Assembly: GCA_036172245.1 (NCBI GenBank)
Contig: JAYWIR010000022.1
Span: forward strand, 1,550,001-1,614,000
Source: Raillietiella orientalis
Taxonomy: Eukaryota
DNA length: 64,000 bases
Reading direction: 5' to 3'
Made by a program: the position numbers and the translations under genes. The first letter of the stretch is position 1. Every line of letters begins with the position of its first letter. The notes beneath the pieces were generated by a model. That model saw only the letters and a program-made list of their open reading frames with translations. It had not been told where the DNA came from and ran no database searches. This document shows, one piece after another, positions 37,701-51,825 of this stretch.

Positions 37701-39202
37701 CAGATCAGGTCACACGGATCTTCAGATCTCTTCGTTCAAGGGAACATTCTCGTTCTGGACCAATCCCCCAGACCTCGTGGGATCCAATGCATTGCGTCGA
37801 GACGTTCAGAAATCAGCGAGCAGTGAGTCCTCCACCCCTCTTGTCCGGGAGCTCCCTTCTCGCGAGCTTTGGAACATGGCGACCGTGAGAGACCTTGCTG
37901 TGCTTCGAGGCGCAAAGTCACGTGCGGTGATCTGCATGTCTCCGTTGCCATTCGAAACAGTGATTACTGGCACCTGCAGCTTCCCGCTCTCGAGTGCTTG
38001 ATGCTTTTTGAGCATCAGGACTCAAAGTGCCGGACGAGTGGTTGGTCCCTTGCAGAAAATTCCGTTTTCCCAGCAGGACCCCGGATGACATAGCAACGAC
38101 GAACTTCGACCGTTCAGCTCGCATCCACTGAGAAGACGCAGTCCCGCGAAGCACGGGAAATATTGCTAGAAAAACCGCTTCTTCGACACTTCTTGACTTC
38201 ACGATGAACCAGGCACAGCCCACCCTGAACAAATTCAAGAGCCTGCGTGGCCCTGCATGGCTCTCGGCGATCTGCAATTCCTCAAGCAGAAGCAGCGCGC
38301 GCGCATCAAATGCGCACACGCACGGATCTCCGCAGGAAAAGGGGCAGAGGGAGACAGCAGCGTGACTGCATCCTATTTGCAATCTCCAAGCATTCGCCGA
38401 ACCCTATGCAACACATGCAGGAAAATTAGAAACATCTTCGGTCTGGGCAGTAGGGCGGTCATAAAGACACTGTCTTGAATCTTTGAATGGGCATTTCCAA
38501 AGGTACGATGAAATACCCTGTCAGAGAATTCGCATCCTGCGTTTTTCATGGGTTTTCTTTTTCTGTCCCTTTGTTTCGCTGTAAGACATGCACCTTCCTT
38601 GTGTCTTACTTAATTCATGCAGCCCCCGTGGTGCCACTACTTTACGAGCCTATTATCCAAGACAGCTCTAAGAATCCGAAGCCTAATGCACCCAACTGAA
38701 CCGAAATGAAACTTGTGATCACCATTAGCCAGACCTGGACTTGTACTCTAAGCATGGGGTCGTTGAAACCCACCAACTTCGACTTGGGGACGAAACCTTT
38801 GTGTTGAGTGGAGAAGCGGAGATGGGCCGAATGCTGAGCACTCAGGGAAACGAAAAGTAGCGAGCATCAAGATAAAAACCCCATCGCCGCCGTCAGCCCA
38901 CATAACGAAGGGGAAAATCTGCAGCAAGCGAATCACTAATGCTCACGGAAGCTGGCATGGATGTCCGGAAATATATCCTCTTGCCAGCAAGATCCGACAT
39001 TATGAAGCCCGATTGCAATAGCAGCTATCGATAAAAATTCCCCGAGGTCCTTCTAAGAATATGCACTACGGCAAGGATTTTCATTAGCAGACCTGGGAAG
39101 TGAGGATCTTTTGTTCTGCAGCTCCCGAAAGGAAAGACCGTTCAAAAAGCTGCGGGTAATCAAAACATTTGCATTCCAATGAATTATTAATGGCATTCCT
39201 AC

Positions 39203-39338
39203 CCTGTCTCAGCAGTTTCTTCCATCTTTTGTGCTTTGGCCATTACAGTCTGGATGATGTTCCTTTCCTCTTCGCTGAACTGGCTCAAATCCACTTCTGG
39301 TGTGACGGGCGATGGCTGCCTAAATTCACCGGAACCGC
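39203..39338 (-). CDS. Coding exon with Piccolo/RIM/Clarinet-type helix: (G)GSGEFRQPSPVTPEVDLSQFSEEERNIIQTVMAKAQKMEETAET
   Basis: ctttcag| acceptor, GG|gtagga donor; 136 nt, phase 1 to 2; recognisable DLSxxSEEERxxIxxVMxxA motif. Confidence 0.85.
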
Positions 39339-42300
39339 CTGAAAGACTTGTCATCAACCACTTGTATGGACCAGAGTAGCATCCGACTTTAATTGCCAAT
39401 GAAGTTCCCTGTTCTTTCTGTTGCTTCGTTTTCGGGACAAGCGGAAACCCAATTCGCAAAATCTCCCCCTTCTATGCATCCCTTCTGTGCGTCTTCGTTG
39501 GACTCAGTAGAGAAACCGCTCTTGCACGAAAATCACAAGCGTTTCGGAGCATACCGAACGTGAAACCTGCAAAGCCATTGGAGGGATTTCCTGCTCATCG
39601 CCTGCATGATTAAGAGTTCGCCCTTCAAGTTTCACGGACTCACTCAGGCAATCGAAATCAACGAACAGATAACAAATCCGAAACCACTTTGCTGCTCAAA
39701 GGCAATCCTTCAGGGCATTCGTTATCCGCACTCCTGGGCATGTTGATCCACGTCGGAAACCAAACGCAATCCGCCTGACCTGTCCGACGCTCAAAAGCGA
39801 AGATTCCAATTGCTGGAGGAAAACCTCTGGGAGACACACTCTCTCGCTCTATGCTTTCTCCGAGATGGCCGGTCAGAGCTTCCTTTTGAAATTGAAAACT
39901 CGCAGATGACCTTTCGTCGTTCAAGGGGCAGGCTTGGTTAAAGCGGCGGACCTGAAGAGATCGGACTCGCCCGAGAGATGGGACGAAAGAGGCAAAGAAT
40001 GTGGAAATCGAAATAAGGGGAGAAACGCCCCTCTTCTGAGACTGGGAGGAGGAAGTCTATAGCAAGGAATCCTGGAAGAACTGATCCCGAGGCGCAACAC
40101 AACAAAAGCAAAAAAAAAGAAATGCTTCACAGCAGTAATTGGGCAAAGAGGTCTCTTGAAAATTGCCTGCTTGAAGCACAAGGGGAGTTGAAATGCGCAT
40201 CTCGAAAAATACAGGGCGATGAAGTCGTACGAGAGCAACTATAAGCTTTTTTTCATTTGTGAGGGCTCCCATTGGCTACCAACACGATGTCCAGACTCTT
40301 CCTCTCATGTAACTGTTTCCTTTAACGACACTCCTTGTAAGACCGAAAAAAACAAATAGAAAGTCTTTGCCTCAGGAAACAGTATGGAATTGGAGTAACG
40401 GAGTTGGTAATGGAGTTCCTACTCCTTGCGTATTACTAATAGCATGGTATTCAGGTTGAAAGATCAGATACTAATGGTTATTGCTGTTGTTATGAAAAGA
40501 AAAAAAGTTCTTTGCTCGTGCTGCTCGTATATTGCAGTTCGGCTCGAACACTCTGCACATATCCCAAACTGATGTCTACCGATTGACCCGTCTTCGCCGA
40601 TGAATCTCGAAAGACTGGTCGGCGTGATCAGCGGAAAACACAAGAGCAATACTGGAAAAAACAGATTGCGAGAAGCGAGCAGAGTGCTCCTGAATGATTT
40701 TGTGGGGGGAGGGGGGGAATTTCGCGCATCGCTCCAGGAAGACTCGAATTACAAACCGCATGGGGAATTCCCAGGAACAAGGAGAATTCCGGAATCCAGT
40801 CCTAACAAGCGATAAACGCAAGCACGGTGGCGCCTCGCATGCAAATGGGACCGCGCATCTGAAGTACTTGACAGTGAGACTTTCCCGTTAGAAGCGGACC
40901 CAAGCGTATGTTTTCAGTTTTTGTTGTATACAATAAAAAAAGCTTTGCTCTTATTCATTCTCAGAGAAGAAAAAAAAGAAACTGCATCTCAGGTTTCCTC
41001 ACCAATTCGATGCCAGAGATGGAAATCGGTCTGTGAGAAAACATAAACGCATGAGATGCAGATTGATCGATTCTCTAGGAGTTCTCAGGAGGCAAAGGAC
41101 CAATGAGCTATCTCTCTAAAATAACACACTCCTTGCAACACCTGATCCATACTTCCTTGAAAGTCGGTACGCGAGCATGTCTCTTTTTGCCAGCAGGATA
41201 GTATTCGATCTGCTGGATTCAGTAGAGCTGTCTCTTAAGACGATTCGCTGACTCTAGCGAGAACTACTAGATCGATGAGGCTGCGCACCAACTTTCTCTT
41301 TTCGATCTCCCCCTCGTTACAATGCTTATAATGTAGTGGGACGTCGCTATGCATCTTTATCCACACAACCTGCTGAATCTGCTTGCTTCTATGATGTGAC
41401 TCCTCCATAAAATGGAAATCTGGGAATCCAGTCATGGATTTGCTGTTCGGTAGCAGCAGTCCCTCACCGGCCAGCCACACAAGGTGGTAAAGAGTCCGCA
41501 AATGGAAAAGGAAACATGATTCCGAATGCCTCTCTCTCTCTTGCAGTGGCTGAAAGTGATGAGAAAATCCAGCTGCTTAGCCTCCTACTTTTGGAAGTCG
41601 TCTGTTGGTTTGATGATTGTGGAAAGAGGCAGAAGAGTTCCATTGGCAGCAGACTTTGCTGTTCTTCTTAACCAAGGTCAATCGCCAAAACAGAATGCTT
41701 CGATCATGGCATGCTGTTCAAATGAAGGATTACAAACGCCGGGGTGTTATTCTCTGTGGACTCTCAGTTGGAAATGGTTTCTTCGGCACAGGAAACCATT
41801 CGAAGAGATTAGTAAGAAATACTCTTCGCTTTATCCTCTGTCTTGATCACCCTCCGCACTCGATCAGGGTTGAAAAAAATACTGCCTTACATGAAAAAGT
41901 TGCGCATCCCTAATAAAATCTCATTGCCAAAAAAGGAAATTTTGGTAATAAAGCAAAGTCTTTAGCATTGCTAGATGCGGTTGCAGAAGACTTTGTTTAG
42001 AAACTGAAACCATATTTATGGGGCATTTGCAGTTTGTGCCTAGAATTTGGTTCTTTAGAAGAAGAAGCAGTATTTTCGTGATCTAGACCATATCTTTGTG
42101 TTCGTTATGATGTCATTACTTCCACATGCCAATAAACCTCGGTAGCGTCCCATCATGTTTGATGTAAACTCCGTGAGAAAATCGAATCTCCATCGATTTC
42201 ATTTATCAGAGTTGCGAGTGATTCTGGTCAATGAAAATTTCATTTTTGGTCACGTAGGAAAACAGAACGATTCTTCGATGCATAATCAAATCCTGAACGT

Positions 42301-45300
42301 GATGTTGACAGATTGGGCGGGCATCCGAATGAAGGTCGTCTTCCCAACAAAAGAGAAAGATGAGCAGTTTAGAACAGTGTACGTGAAACCAGACGCAGGA
42401 TGAAAGCACCATCTAGTTAATGGACACATGAACATAAAAAATTAGGTCATTTTGAAAGAAAGATGTAGAGCAGAATTCGAGAAAAGAATTCTGGTAACAC
42501 TGTCATTCGATCCAATTCCTCACCCTAGGAAGATTGAGCGAGCATTCCTGAACATCGGACAACCCGATTGAATTTCATTCGAAATCAAAGGAGTCTGGCC
42601 ACCACCGCCTGAGAAGGAACATGCGGCACGTTGCGTCATTCCTGCTAAGAAATTGTTTCAAGAAAGCGTTTTTTTTTAAAAGGTGTTCTTGAAACCCAGT
42701 CAACCAAGGAAAAAAAAAAAAAAACACAATCATCCTAGAAGGGAAGGAAAACTATAACTCGAACAGTGGTCTCGAGAGATCCGAATGCGGAGGACTTTTG
42801 AAAACACTTGAGTGATTGGAAGCAGGGGGACAAGACAAAAAAGAATCAGCAGCGACCTTGGAAAAAGTATGAGACTGGCAAGATTGTTATCAAATCGTCG
42901 GAGCTCATACACACAACGTACAGTAAGTTTGTATTACAATGTGATACGTTGCGTTCCTTGTAACCAGCTTATTTAAAAAGGACGGAATGAAAGGAAATCT
43001 CAAAGTGCTTGATCTTGAATCTTGAAGTGCTTATTGGAGAATCTTAAAGAACTGTTCGCTTTCTATGAACTTCATTGCACGCAGCTCCCTCAGTTCTGGA
43101 ATTCCTGCTGGAGAATTCACTCAAAGGAATTTTCCGTTTCCTTATTCGTTCCCCTTGATACACGAAATCTTCCCAAGCATATTGATAGCACTTACAGCTC
43201 CTGTGTTTAATTCCACTTTCTTGAAGCCCACACGTTCAGACCGCCGTAAGTAAACACAAGAACGTTCCAGAATTAACATCGTACTGATCAAACAACAGCA
43301 AATTGAAAGTGGGAAAAGACCTTTCAAGTCCCAATGATGCTCTCCTTCCACATAAGGTGCATATGCTCTTCCAGAATTTCCTCTCTTACCTTTTCTCAGA
43401 AAACGACTCAAAAGGAGGGATCACAACTTGGACGTGAGAATCGTACGGCCCAATCCTATAGTCGGGGTTGCACCTGAGACACGCAACCAGAGACGCGGTC
43501 AGGATATGGGAAGGAGCGATTCCACAACAGAAAATGGCCATCCACAGCCTGATGGTTTCCCTTCTGAAAATTTCCTCTGCAATCCATGATCGTGGGAGAA
43601 TGGACTCGTGGTCTTCTCATGATACCAGTTCGAAAGGTTCCAGCGCCTATCTTCAAATACATGTATTCCCTCCGCCTCCCTTCTCTTTCCTTCCATTCCA
43701 GGGAGACTCCGTTTCGAATGCACGGCAGCCTTCGTCAACCAAAGGTGGAGGAGCACCCTGAGGCACCTCGGAGAGCTCCCGATTTCTTATCTCGCCGCGA
43801 CTTTTTTTGTTCTGCTTTTGTTGCTTCTCTGTTACGAGTTCCAGAAGCACTCTCATGTCAGTCTTCGAAGTGTTTCTCACAAAGTGCCCCAGTACTCAAG
43901 ACAGTCTTCTTTGTTTGTGTTGATCGAGGATCTTCTTGATGTCAGACTGGCTTCTTACGGACGAAAGCAGCTTCATCAACAACTCCCTCGTTTACTCGAA
44001 TCTATTTCGAAAAGAAACTTTCAGACAACAGGACTCTTGTAGGATATGGAATGAATAGCACTAGATGAGGTGTCCAACACGTGTAGTAAGCATCACAAGT
44101 ACTTGAAAAAATTGAAAACCAAAAAAATCGGGAGTGAATTTCTACTGCAGGTATACATCAGTTTTGCAGAATAAGCACGTGATCATTCGTAATGGAAGAC
44201 GGATCGTGCCAGAAAAGCCAGAGTCTGTCTGTCTGCCTGACCTTGTGTGCGGGCCATTCTCCAGCATCCTCCTGCATGTGGCAAAAGAACTCGTTCACTT
44301 GGATAAGCTCATAACAGTAGGAGTCGAATTTCCTCCCCAGAAAAGGTTCACTTATTCCTAACTCTTCCAATGAGTTCTTCCCAGAAATTCTCCTAAGCTG
44401 CCCGGATGCTCCTGGAACACTGACGTTTCTTTTTTTTTTTTTTTTTTTTTCCGGAAGCCACGGGTGGAACTGCAGCAGAGGTAAGTCGGGAACTCCTTCT
44501 GCCTCCGAAAGAAGCTTGAGAAAAGTGTCCGGCGCAGCACGGCGTGAGCAAAAGATCGAATTTCGGGAGCAGGTTGTGCACGCCTACTTGAACTGTCATT
44601 TCCAAACCACAGCGGGCGACGGGAGGAGCTCCCCGGACCGAATTCGGCGCTGCAGCCACTGTCCTGAACAGCAGTCAGGGAACAGAAAATGAGGCACCAT
44701 CCGAATCGATAGCCAGCGGTACTCCAACCGGAAATTCGTTTCCCAAATGAGAATGCGTTCGATTGGAACAGTCAGCTGATGCTGATGAATCGCGTTACCC
44801 CCAGCTTCCACGGCATGGAAAACATGAAGACCGATTAGTTCTCTCTAAACAACTGACATAGAGTGGGTGAGTTGATAGGACTCGCTTAGCATGCTCTGAG
44901 AATTAATGCTTTCTCTACAGGAATAACGTGGTTTTCCGAAATGTCGGCAATAATTTGAAATCGCACCAGGAAAGCTCATCTTGATTTCAGATAATGCCAT
45001 CAGAATTGGGGCAAATCCAACTCTTTGTTTCCCGATTTGGGCAGCAGCTTGCAGTTACATCCTTTGAGCTGGAAGGATGTTTGGAACATGAAACTGTAGC
45101 ATAAGAGCGTGTAACCTGACCGGCGCCTTCCTGGAATGGTTTCAGAACGCATCTGATTCGACCACGTGGAAACGGTATCGATCTGGTTGAGATGCTGGAG
45201 AGTCCAAGCCAACCAAGGTGAAGCTAGATATCTCAAAAAGCCGGGCTTCAGAGTCCCGAGTGAAACAGTGGCGCTGTTTTCAAAATGCAGCAGCCAACTA

Positions 45301-45468
45301 GTTGCTGTGTCAACAGTAGCCGAGTACAGAAGATTCTGGCACATGCGATACGCGTGCAAAGGTTTTCGATGATGTTTCTAACAGATTGTTTTGAACACCT
45401 TCAGGCCAAACCAGGAAAAGAAAGACGCAGATCTTCCTGAACACAAGGTTGTGTAGTCGCATCACTAC

Positions 45469-45600
45469 GGATCCACGAGGATCAGCGCTGGCAAGCTGAA
45501 AACTGACGCGCAAAACGAACTATTCGTCCATGAAGATGAAGTCGGCCATCGTTCTCTTGTTTCAAAGAAAAATTCGAGCTTCCTTGAAAGCGCAAGCTGC
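45469..45600 (+). repeat. 132-bp direct repeat, copy 1
   Basis: Aligns without gaps to 46546-46677; 12 substitutions by hand count. Confidence 0.9.
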
Positions 45601-46545
45601 GTCTTCAGATGCAACCACCTCCCTATGCTGATCTTTTCTTCCAGCGACCATTTCCTTTCCTCAAAAAATACCCTTTTTTCCCCCTTTCTTCGTGCTTCAT
45701 CTCGCATTTTCCACTTGAGGAACAGATGGAATGCTGTCATGAGATTCTTTCTCCGTCGGGTCCTCAAACAGGGGGACATAATCAAATACGGTAATGAAAC
45801 GAAACAAAGAAATTGGATTTGGGTGGTTCAGAGGAAGGGACGGCGTGCCGATAAACTTCATGAAAATCTTTTAAGAGGAGAGCTAACGGGTAATTCTCCC
45901 TTGGAAGTTTTGCGCATCCAAAGCCTTCTTCAAGAGCCTCCCTCAGGAGTCACTGCGCTGAAATAAGTATCCTTTTTGCCTGTGTGAGCACAAAGCCGAG
46001 TGCAGTTCTTCTCTGCTGATACAGGAGTTTCACGAGCTTCCAGGAATTTATGAAGATTGGAACAGATGGAGGGCGTAGACCTCGGCGAGCATGGGCTCAC
46101 CACTGGCTCGCTAAGCGCCCAACAACCAGCGGACCGTCTGTTTCACTCTGCACGCATATGGGATAGAAGACCCACTGTTTCACCCGCTTTGCGCCATGAA
46201 GGAAACCTCGCTTTCGGAGCTGGACTATCGTCAGAAGGCTGGATCCCTCTCCTTCAAAGCATCGCTCTCGAGACGATTAAGCCGGGAAAAGCAGCAGGAG
46301 CTTTCCAGAAGAGTGAGATAGCCATGAGGACCCCTTCTACTTCCGAGAGGCGTCATCCTACGCTCCTTCCCTTAGTGATGAACTTCGAACTCAGGAGGAC
46401 GCTGTACCATCCGATCCACTTCGATGACGCTTTCTATCATAACAACGGGCCTCCTACGTGATCTTTTGCCGTGCTTTTCCTTGGCACTGCTTCCCGTGGG
46501 AAAGAATGCACCTTTCCTGCCTGCTCTATCCCGTTGCACCCCCAA

Positions 46546-46677
46546 GGATCTACGAGGATCAGCACTGGCAAGCTGAAAACTGATGCACAAAATGAACCAT
46601 TCGTCCATGGAGATGAAGTCGGCCATAGCTCTCTCGTTTCAAGGAAAAATTCTAGCTTCCTTGAAAGCGCAAGCTGC
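46546..46677 (+). repeat. 132-bp direct repeat, copy 2
   Basis: Aligns without gaps to 45469-45600. Confidence 0.9.
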
Positions 46678-47766
46678 CTAGTAGATGCTCGTCCCTTTTC
46701 GTGCGCCGAAAGAAACAGCTTCCTTTGCCCTTTCCTTCCCTTCCCATATTGTGCCTTCCGGGAAACGCTTGGAGTGTACTTTGAAGAACAGAGAATTCCA
46801 GATCTCCCTGCAAACAGCATCCTTCGCTCTTTACAGCAGGTGGCGCTTCCCGTAGAATTACCAAGGCAACGCCAAAAGTCTCCGCGTCTGAGAAAACTCG
46901 AAAAAAGCCACATCGGGTCCACAACACAGCACGCACAGACAGCTGGAAACTTTTCCTTCTGAATGGAACCAAAGGAACCTTGGAATCCCAACTATCACGC
47001 TCCCATGCTCTCTTCTTCTTCCTCCAAGGTATGTAAGAACTCCTTGTACAGCTTATGCATTCTTGGACGGAAGGGAAGGGGAGGGAGCGCAAGCAGTCTT
47101 CCGAGTGCCACAGCTGACCTCTGCTCCCCTCCTCGTCCAGGAAACCTCTCCGACTAGGCCACCAGAATAAACGCATCCTGGGCCTCTCGGAAAGCTCCAT
47201 CCGACGTGCTGCTGTCCAGAGCTTCCCCATAGAGTCTTGCCAAGGGGCTCCTGGAATCAGCGAGGTTCGGGGGTGGAAAGGAAGAAACACAGCCAACTCT
47301 TTCTGAGAGGACTGGTGAACAAAGTCGAGAAGGGAAGGGAGGGGGGATATTGGAAGGCAGAGCTAAAGGTGTCTGCCTCCTCTCCGCCTCAGTCCACACC
47401 AAATCAACCGCTTGATGCTGCTGACACGTAGAAATCCTATGAAAGAAGCCTGCTTGGGAACGAGGAAACGAACAGAAGCAATCCACGGCCCCATTCTCAA
47501 GAGAAGGGTCGCAGGATGCAATAGAAATGGAGGTGAGGTGGAAACCATCTCGTGAACATAGGAGGAGGTTCCTTACCGGGAGGATACGGAACCCGCCTCC
47601 AGTGTTCATCTTCTATGATGAAATTCGTCTGATCGCAACAAAGTAGTCTACCACCTCCTCCCCTTCCCACTCCCTTGCCTCCTTACTCCTCCCCGGATCG
47701 CATTCTCAGTGACGAGTGCACCGGTCACTAGGAAATGCAGGCGAGGCAGAAAAAACGCCCGTTTAC

Positions 47767-47892
47767 CTTGAGGGCTCAGGAGAGGTCCCTGCTGGGGCTT
47801 CAGGGGAAATCCCAGTCTCTGCATCCCCATCCTCTGGCTTGCGTTCATGTCCGGACGCATCTTCTGGAACGGCATTGGCCCCATGGCGTTTC
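47767..47892 (-). CDS. Coding exon: (G)NAMGPMPFQKMRPDMNASQRMGMQRLGFPLKPQQGPLLSPQ(G)
   Basis: Pyrimidine tract with ctatag| acceptor, AAG|gtaaac donor; 126 nt, phase 1 to 1; same M/P/Q composition as exon 1. Confidence 0.8.
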
Positions 47893-50800
47893 CTATAGCA
47901 ACGGAGAGAAAGAAGAAAAGATGAGAATTTATGAAGGCAGGAAGTCTCTCCCTTCCCTCGCTGGAGCCATCCACTCCAACAAGCGTGGACCCCCACTCGG
48001 CAAGAGCTGGCGCATCTCGCGTCCTCGTTCACCAAGAAGCCTCCGGCAATGTGACCGGCAGGCAATCTCCCCCCTGGCAGGACTCTCTCTCCGGTGTGCG
48101 TCGGACTCATCGACATTCCTCGGGAAACAAAAACGCTAGCCCGAAGGGACGGTCCTACGACGGTGATTTTCTCCAATCCTTCCCTTTCCCTAGCATCGCC
48201 ACCCCTTCCTTCGCCCAGGAAACACGCACCCCAGATTTCCCCTCCTCCTAGGAGAGGGTTCACGAGCTTCCCGCCGCCTCATCCGCAGGACCAGGTAGGC
48301 TGGTCAGGAGGAAGAAGAGAATTCGTTCTCGCTTCCGCTCGGAGGTTCACAGGGCAGGCCATCCCCCTTGAGCACCGAGAAACCTCACTCCGCACGGTCT
48401 CTTTCTTCCTAAGACCTAGAGAAGCGGTCGACTCTGCCTCACCCCTCTCGAAAGATGGAGAAAGGGAGAAGCGGACGAGGTGAGGGGCGTGGAGGTCTTC
48501 AGCTCCATTTTCCCAGGATGCAGAATGTCCAGTTCTCGTGCAACAAACGCGCTTTCTGTAGGAAGCCACTGATGGGATTGTGGTTCTTCCTCAGGTATCC
48601 ATAAAAGGCCGTTGCTTCGCAGCGGTGACGCTGGTGGTAGTTCGTGAGCTCGTACCCCAACCTCCCCAGGTGTTTGGGCTCATGGAGAGGAGATAACCTG
48701 CCCTGCTTCTCTATGTCCCTTCCCTCAGGAGATGTCCGCCCCCTTTAAGCACCGAAAGAGGAGGTTTCCTTCCCCTCCATCATCAACCCCGGCGGCGTCT
48801 CTCGCAACACCTCTTCCCTCTTCCTCTCGCACCTTGCCGAATGCTTCACCTTTTTCTACACTCTTCGGCGACCGAAGGTCTGGAAGGAGAGAGAATTCCC
48901 TAATTTTCGCCTGTAGGGGTGGAAGGGGGGGAGGGAAAAACAAGGAAGCAAAGATGGAGGCAGCATTCCCCCAAGTGCCGGGACGCAAGCGCCATTGCAC
49001 GTCCAGTGAGACGGCGTCTCTGCCATTCTGGAGAAGAGGGGAAGTACCGCATGTCCCCCTCCTTCTCTAGCCTCCCGCCCCATTCTCGGCTCGTCTTGAA
49101 ACTGATACCGAGAGGCAGGGATCGCCTTGAAGATACGCGCGGGGGAAAGGAAGGATGAAGCCTCAAAGGAAGATCGGGCCGGAAGAGAGGGAGGGTTTGA
49201 AAGAGGCAGGGGAACATGGGAAAAAAGGGGTGAGGCAAAGAGCTCTGAGGCTTCCTAAGAGGTAGCGTTCCAGGGAGAGGACATGATCTCTTTGGAAGCC
49301 CGAGTACCATCCCTCGTTTGCCATGATGGAGGCCAAGAACGGGAAGACCATCTTTCCAAAGACCTCACTATGGTGAGAACCAACCGCCACCTCTTTGAAA
49401 ACGGCACACAAACAGGCAACAAGTTGGTGCCATGAGCCGGGCGCACCTCTGGTCACTGGGATCTTCCCTCGCGCGGAGAGGATTCCATCCCCACCTGTTA
49501 CCCCGTTCTCGCGCGCTCCCTCGTTCTCACGCCGCTGATAAGCCACCTCTGCAGGGGACGCATTGGGGCTGGTTCCCACTGATCGCCTTTCTCTGGAGCT
49601 CCGCTTGATGGGAAAGTCTCGGGAACGAGAAGGAGAGAAGGAAAGGAAGGAGAAGGATCTTCCCTAAGGCTGCGGCGATGCTGCTGTAGAGACGGTGGAG
49701 ACGAAAGCGTTGCCACCGAGAGAAAGGAAAGTTGCTGCTGCTCCAGGAGTGGGGAAGGCAAAGGGTTTGCGCTTCCATGGCTTCCAAGGATCCCACGCAG
49801 CAAGGATGTTTTATGTTTCAATGAGCCGCGAGAGTAAGAAGGGTAGGGGAGAGGAAGGGTGGAAGGAGGTGGATTGACCTGTCCGTCGCTCGGGACCCGA
49901 GTGAAACCGGCGCCGCTCTCCTCGTCAAAGAGACGCCAAAGAATTGGTGGCCTTTGCGCCATGGCAAGGATCGTCATTCCCTCCCCTTGAGGAAGAAAGT
50001 TTCTCTTCCTCGGCAGGATCCTTGCCGAACCAGGACAGAAAGACGTCCCCGGGCACTTCTTCCCTTTCGAGAATCTCGAGGGTTTAAGGTCGATGGGACC
50101 CCTCCCTTTCCTATGCTCAGGGAATCCTCAGGAGTGTCCTGGCACTTCGAGAGCTCCCTTCGCTCTGTAGAAAACACCTTCCAGGTGGTGTGCTGGGAAC
50201 GAGTTGGCTTTCCGTTTCAAGAGGGATCCATAAAAATGAGGGCTCTCTTCCTCCTTTCTCACCGCCCAGAGGGGCAGACGGCTTCATGCGGGTAGGAAGA
50301 GCACGACAGTGGCTTTCGAAGACTCGCCGGGGATTTCCCGCTTCCTGACCTTGGCGCGCGAGGATTCCTCGAGGGAGGTTCCAGACAGTATGGTTACGCC
50401 ATCTCAAGAGAGGGGGAATAGGGAGGTTTAGGCCAGGGGGGAGAAGAGAACAAGAGAGGGAAGGATAACGGGGGAGGCAGCAGATGAGGTGCTCCGGTGG
50501 GCGTGGACACCTTCTCAGCAGCTGCTGGAGCAGTGAACGCCACGCTGAGAGAGCGCTGCTCCTCCTGGTCGCGTTCATGAAAGCGTGGGATGGTTGCCGT
50601 TCGGCCTGGTCCCACTGTCACCCGAGGGGAATAAGGAAGCTGAAGATGCGGTCCCGCGTTCGGAACGGGAGACCAGATCTCGCATGGGGAGTGAGCCCTA
50701 CGAGCAGATTGGATGACCGAGATGGGAAGCGAGGACCCAGACGGGTGGAAGAAATGGGGTCTCTGGTTGGTGCCATTGCGGTGGCGGGAAGAATCCCTGC

Positions 50801-51542
50801 TTCAGTTTAGGATGGAGCTGCAGGAGGAGGAAGCACCCAGCACGTGGGAAACCGACAACCCTGCCAAGGGTGGGACAACCAACTGCAGGACCACGAATGA
50901 AAAATCACTTTTCCTGTCACCTCAGCGAAGACTGCTGGGCACTCGGCCCCATCACGAAGACGAACCGGGGGAAAGCGCGCAGGAGGTATCCCCTTCCTCT
51001 CTGCCGCATTCCATCACTAGCACACTCGGAAACTGCTGCCGTCTTTCCCAGGAAAGATTCGGTGATTCCCACAGACCACTCGCGACAGAGAACCCTCTTC
51101 AAGGAGACCTGGTCCGTGCGCGGTCTGAATGAAACTCGAGTGCAGTTCGGATCGTGAAGGAATGCCGCGACCGTAGGAACCGATCAGGTCTTGGTATGGC
51201 CAGGGAAGAAAGATTGCGCGTCCGCCCGTCGTAAATTCCCGAGTCTTCAGGCGTGTGAAGGAACACAGGACAATGTCTCGAAGCATCCCCCAGGTTACGG
51301 GAAAGCTGAGGAGGGCACGCTGCATCCTGGAGCCTGGAGAGCGATCTCAGATGCTCCGCGAAGTATCCCGCGAACGATGGGGTAGCTGCTGCGTAGCTTG
51401 AGGACCCTCTCCCAGAACATCATTGCATTGAGGAAGGGACAGCAAAGAATGGACAACAGTATCTGGACCTCTTCGCGGAGGAAACGCGAACATGCAAGGC
51501 AACGTGCGTGCGGGCTTTCTTTTTTGGCTATCGGGTGGTTAC

Positions 51543-51784
51543 CTGGATTCCTCATCTGCATGGAGCCTCCTCTTACCATCCCAGGAGGATAGGATCGAGG
51601 GGACGTACTCATGGGGGAGCAAGGTCCTCTCATCATGGGGATTGGGCTCATCCCCGGACGCTGTATCATGCTGGGTCCATAAGGCATTCTCTGCGGCCCT
51701 ATCGGAATGGGTCCACGGAAGTGTGGAGTGTGCGCTTGACGAATCTGCTGCTGATGATGATAATACTGACGAGATTCCTTCTGC

Positions 51785-51825
<41 letters not shown>

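Noticed and set aside
42206..42412. CVWFHVHC resembling part of a PHD finger
   Set aside because: The remaining Cys ligands are absent and there is no exon support
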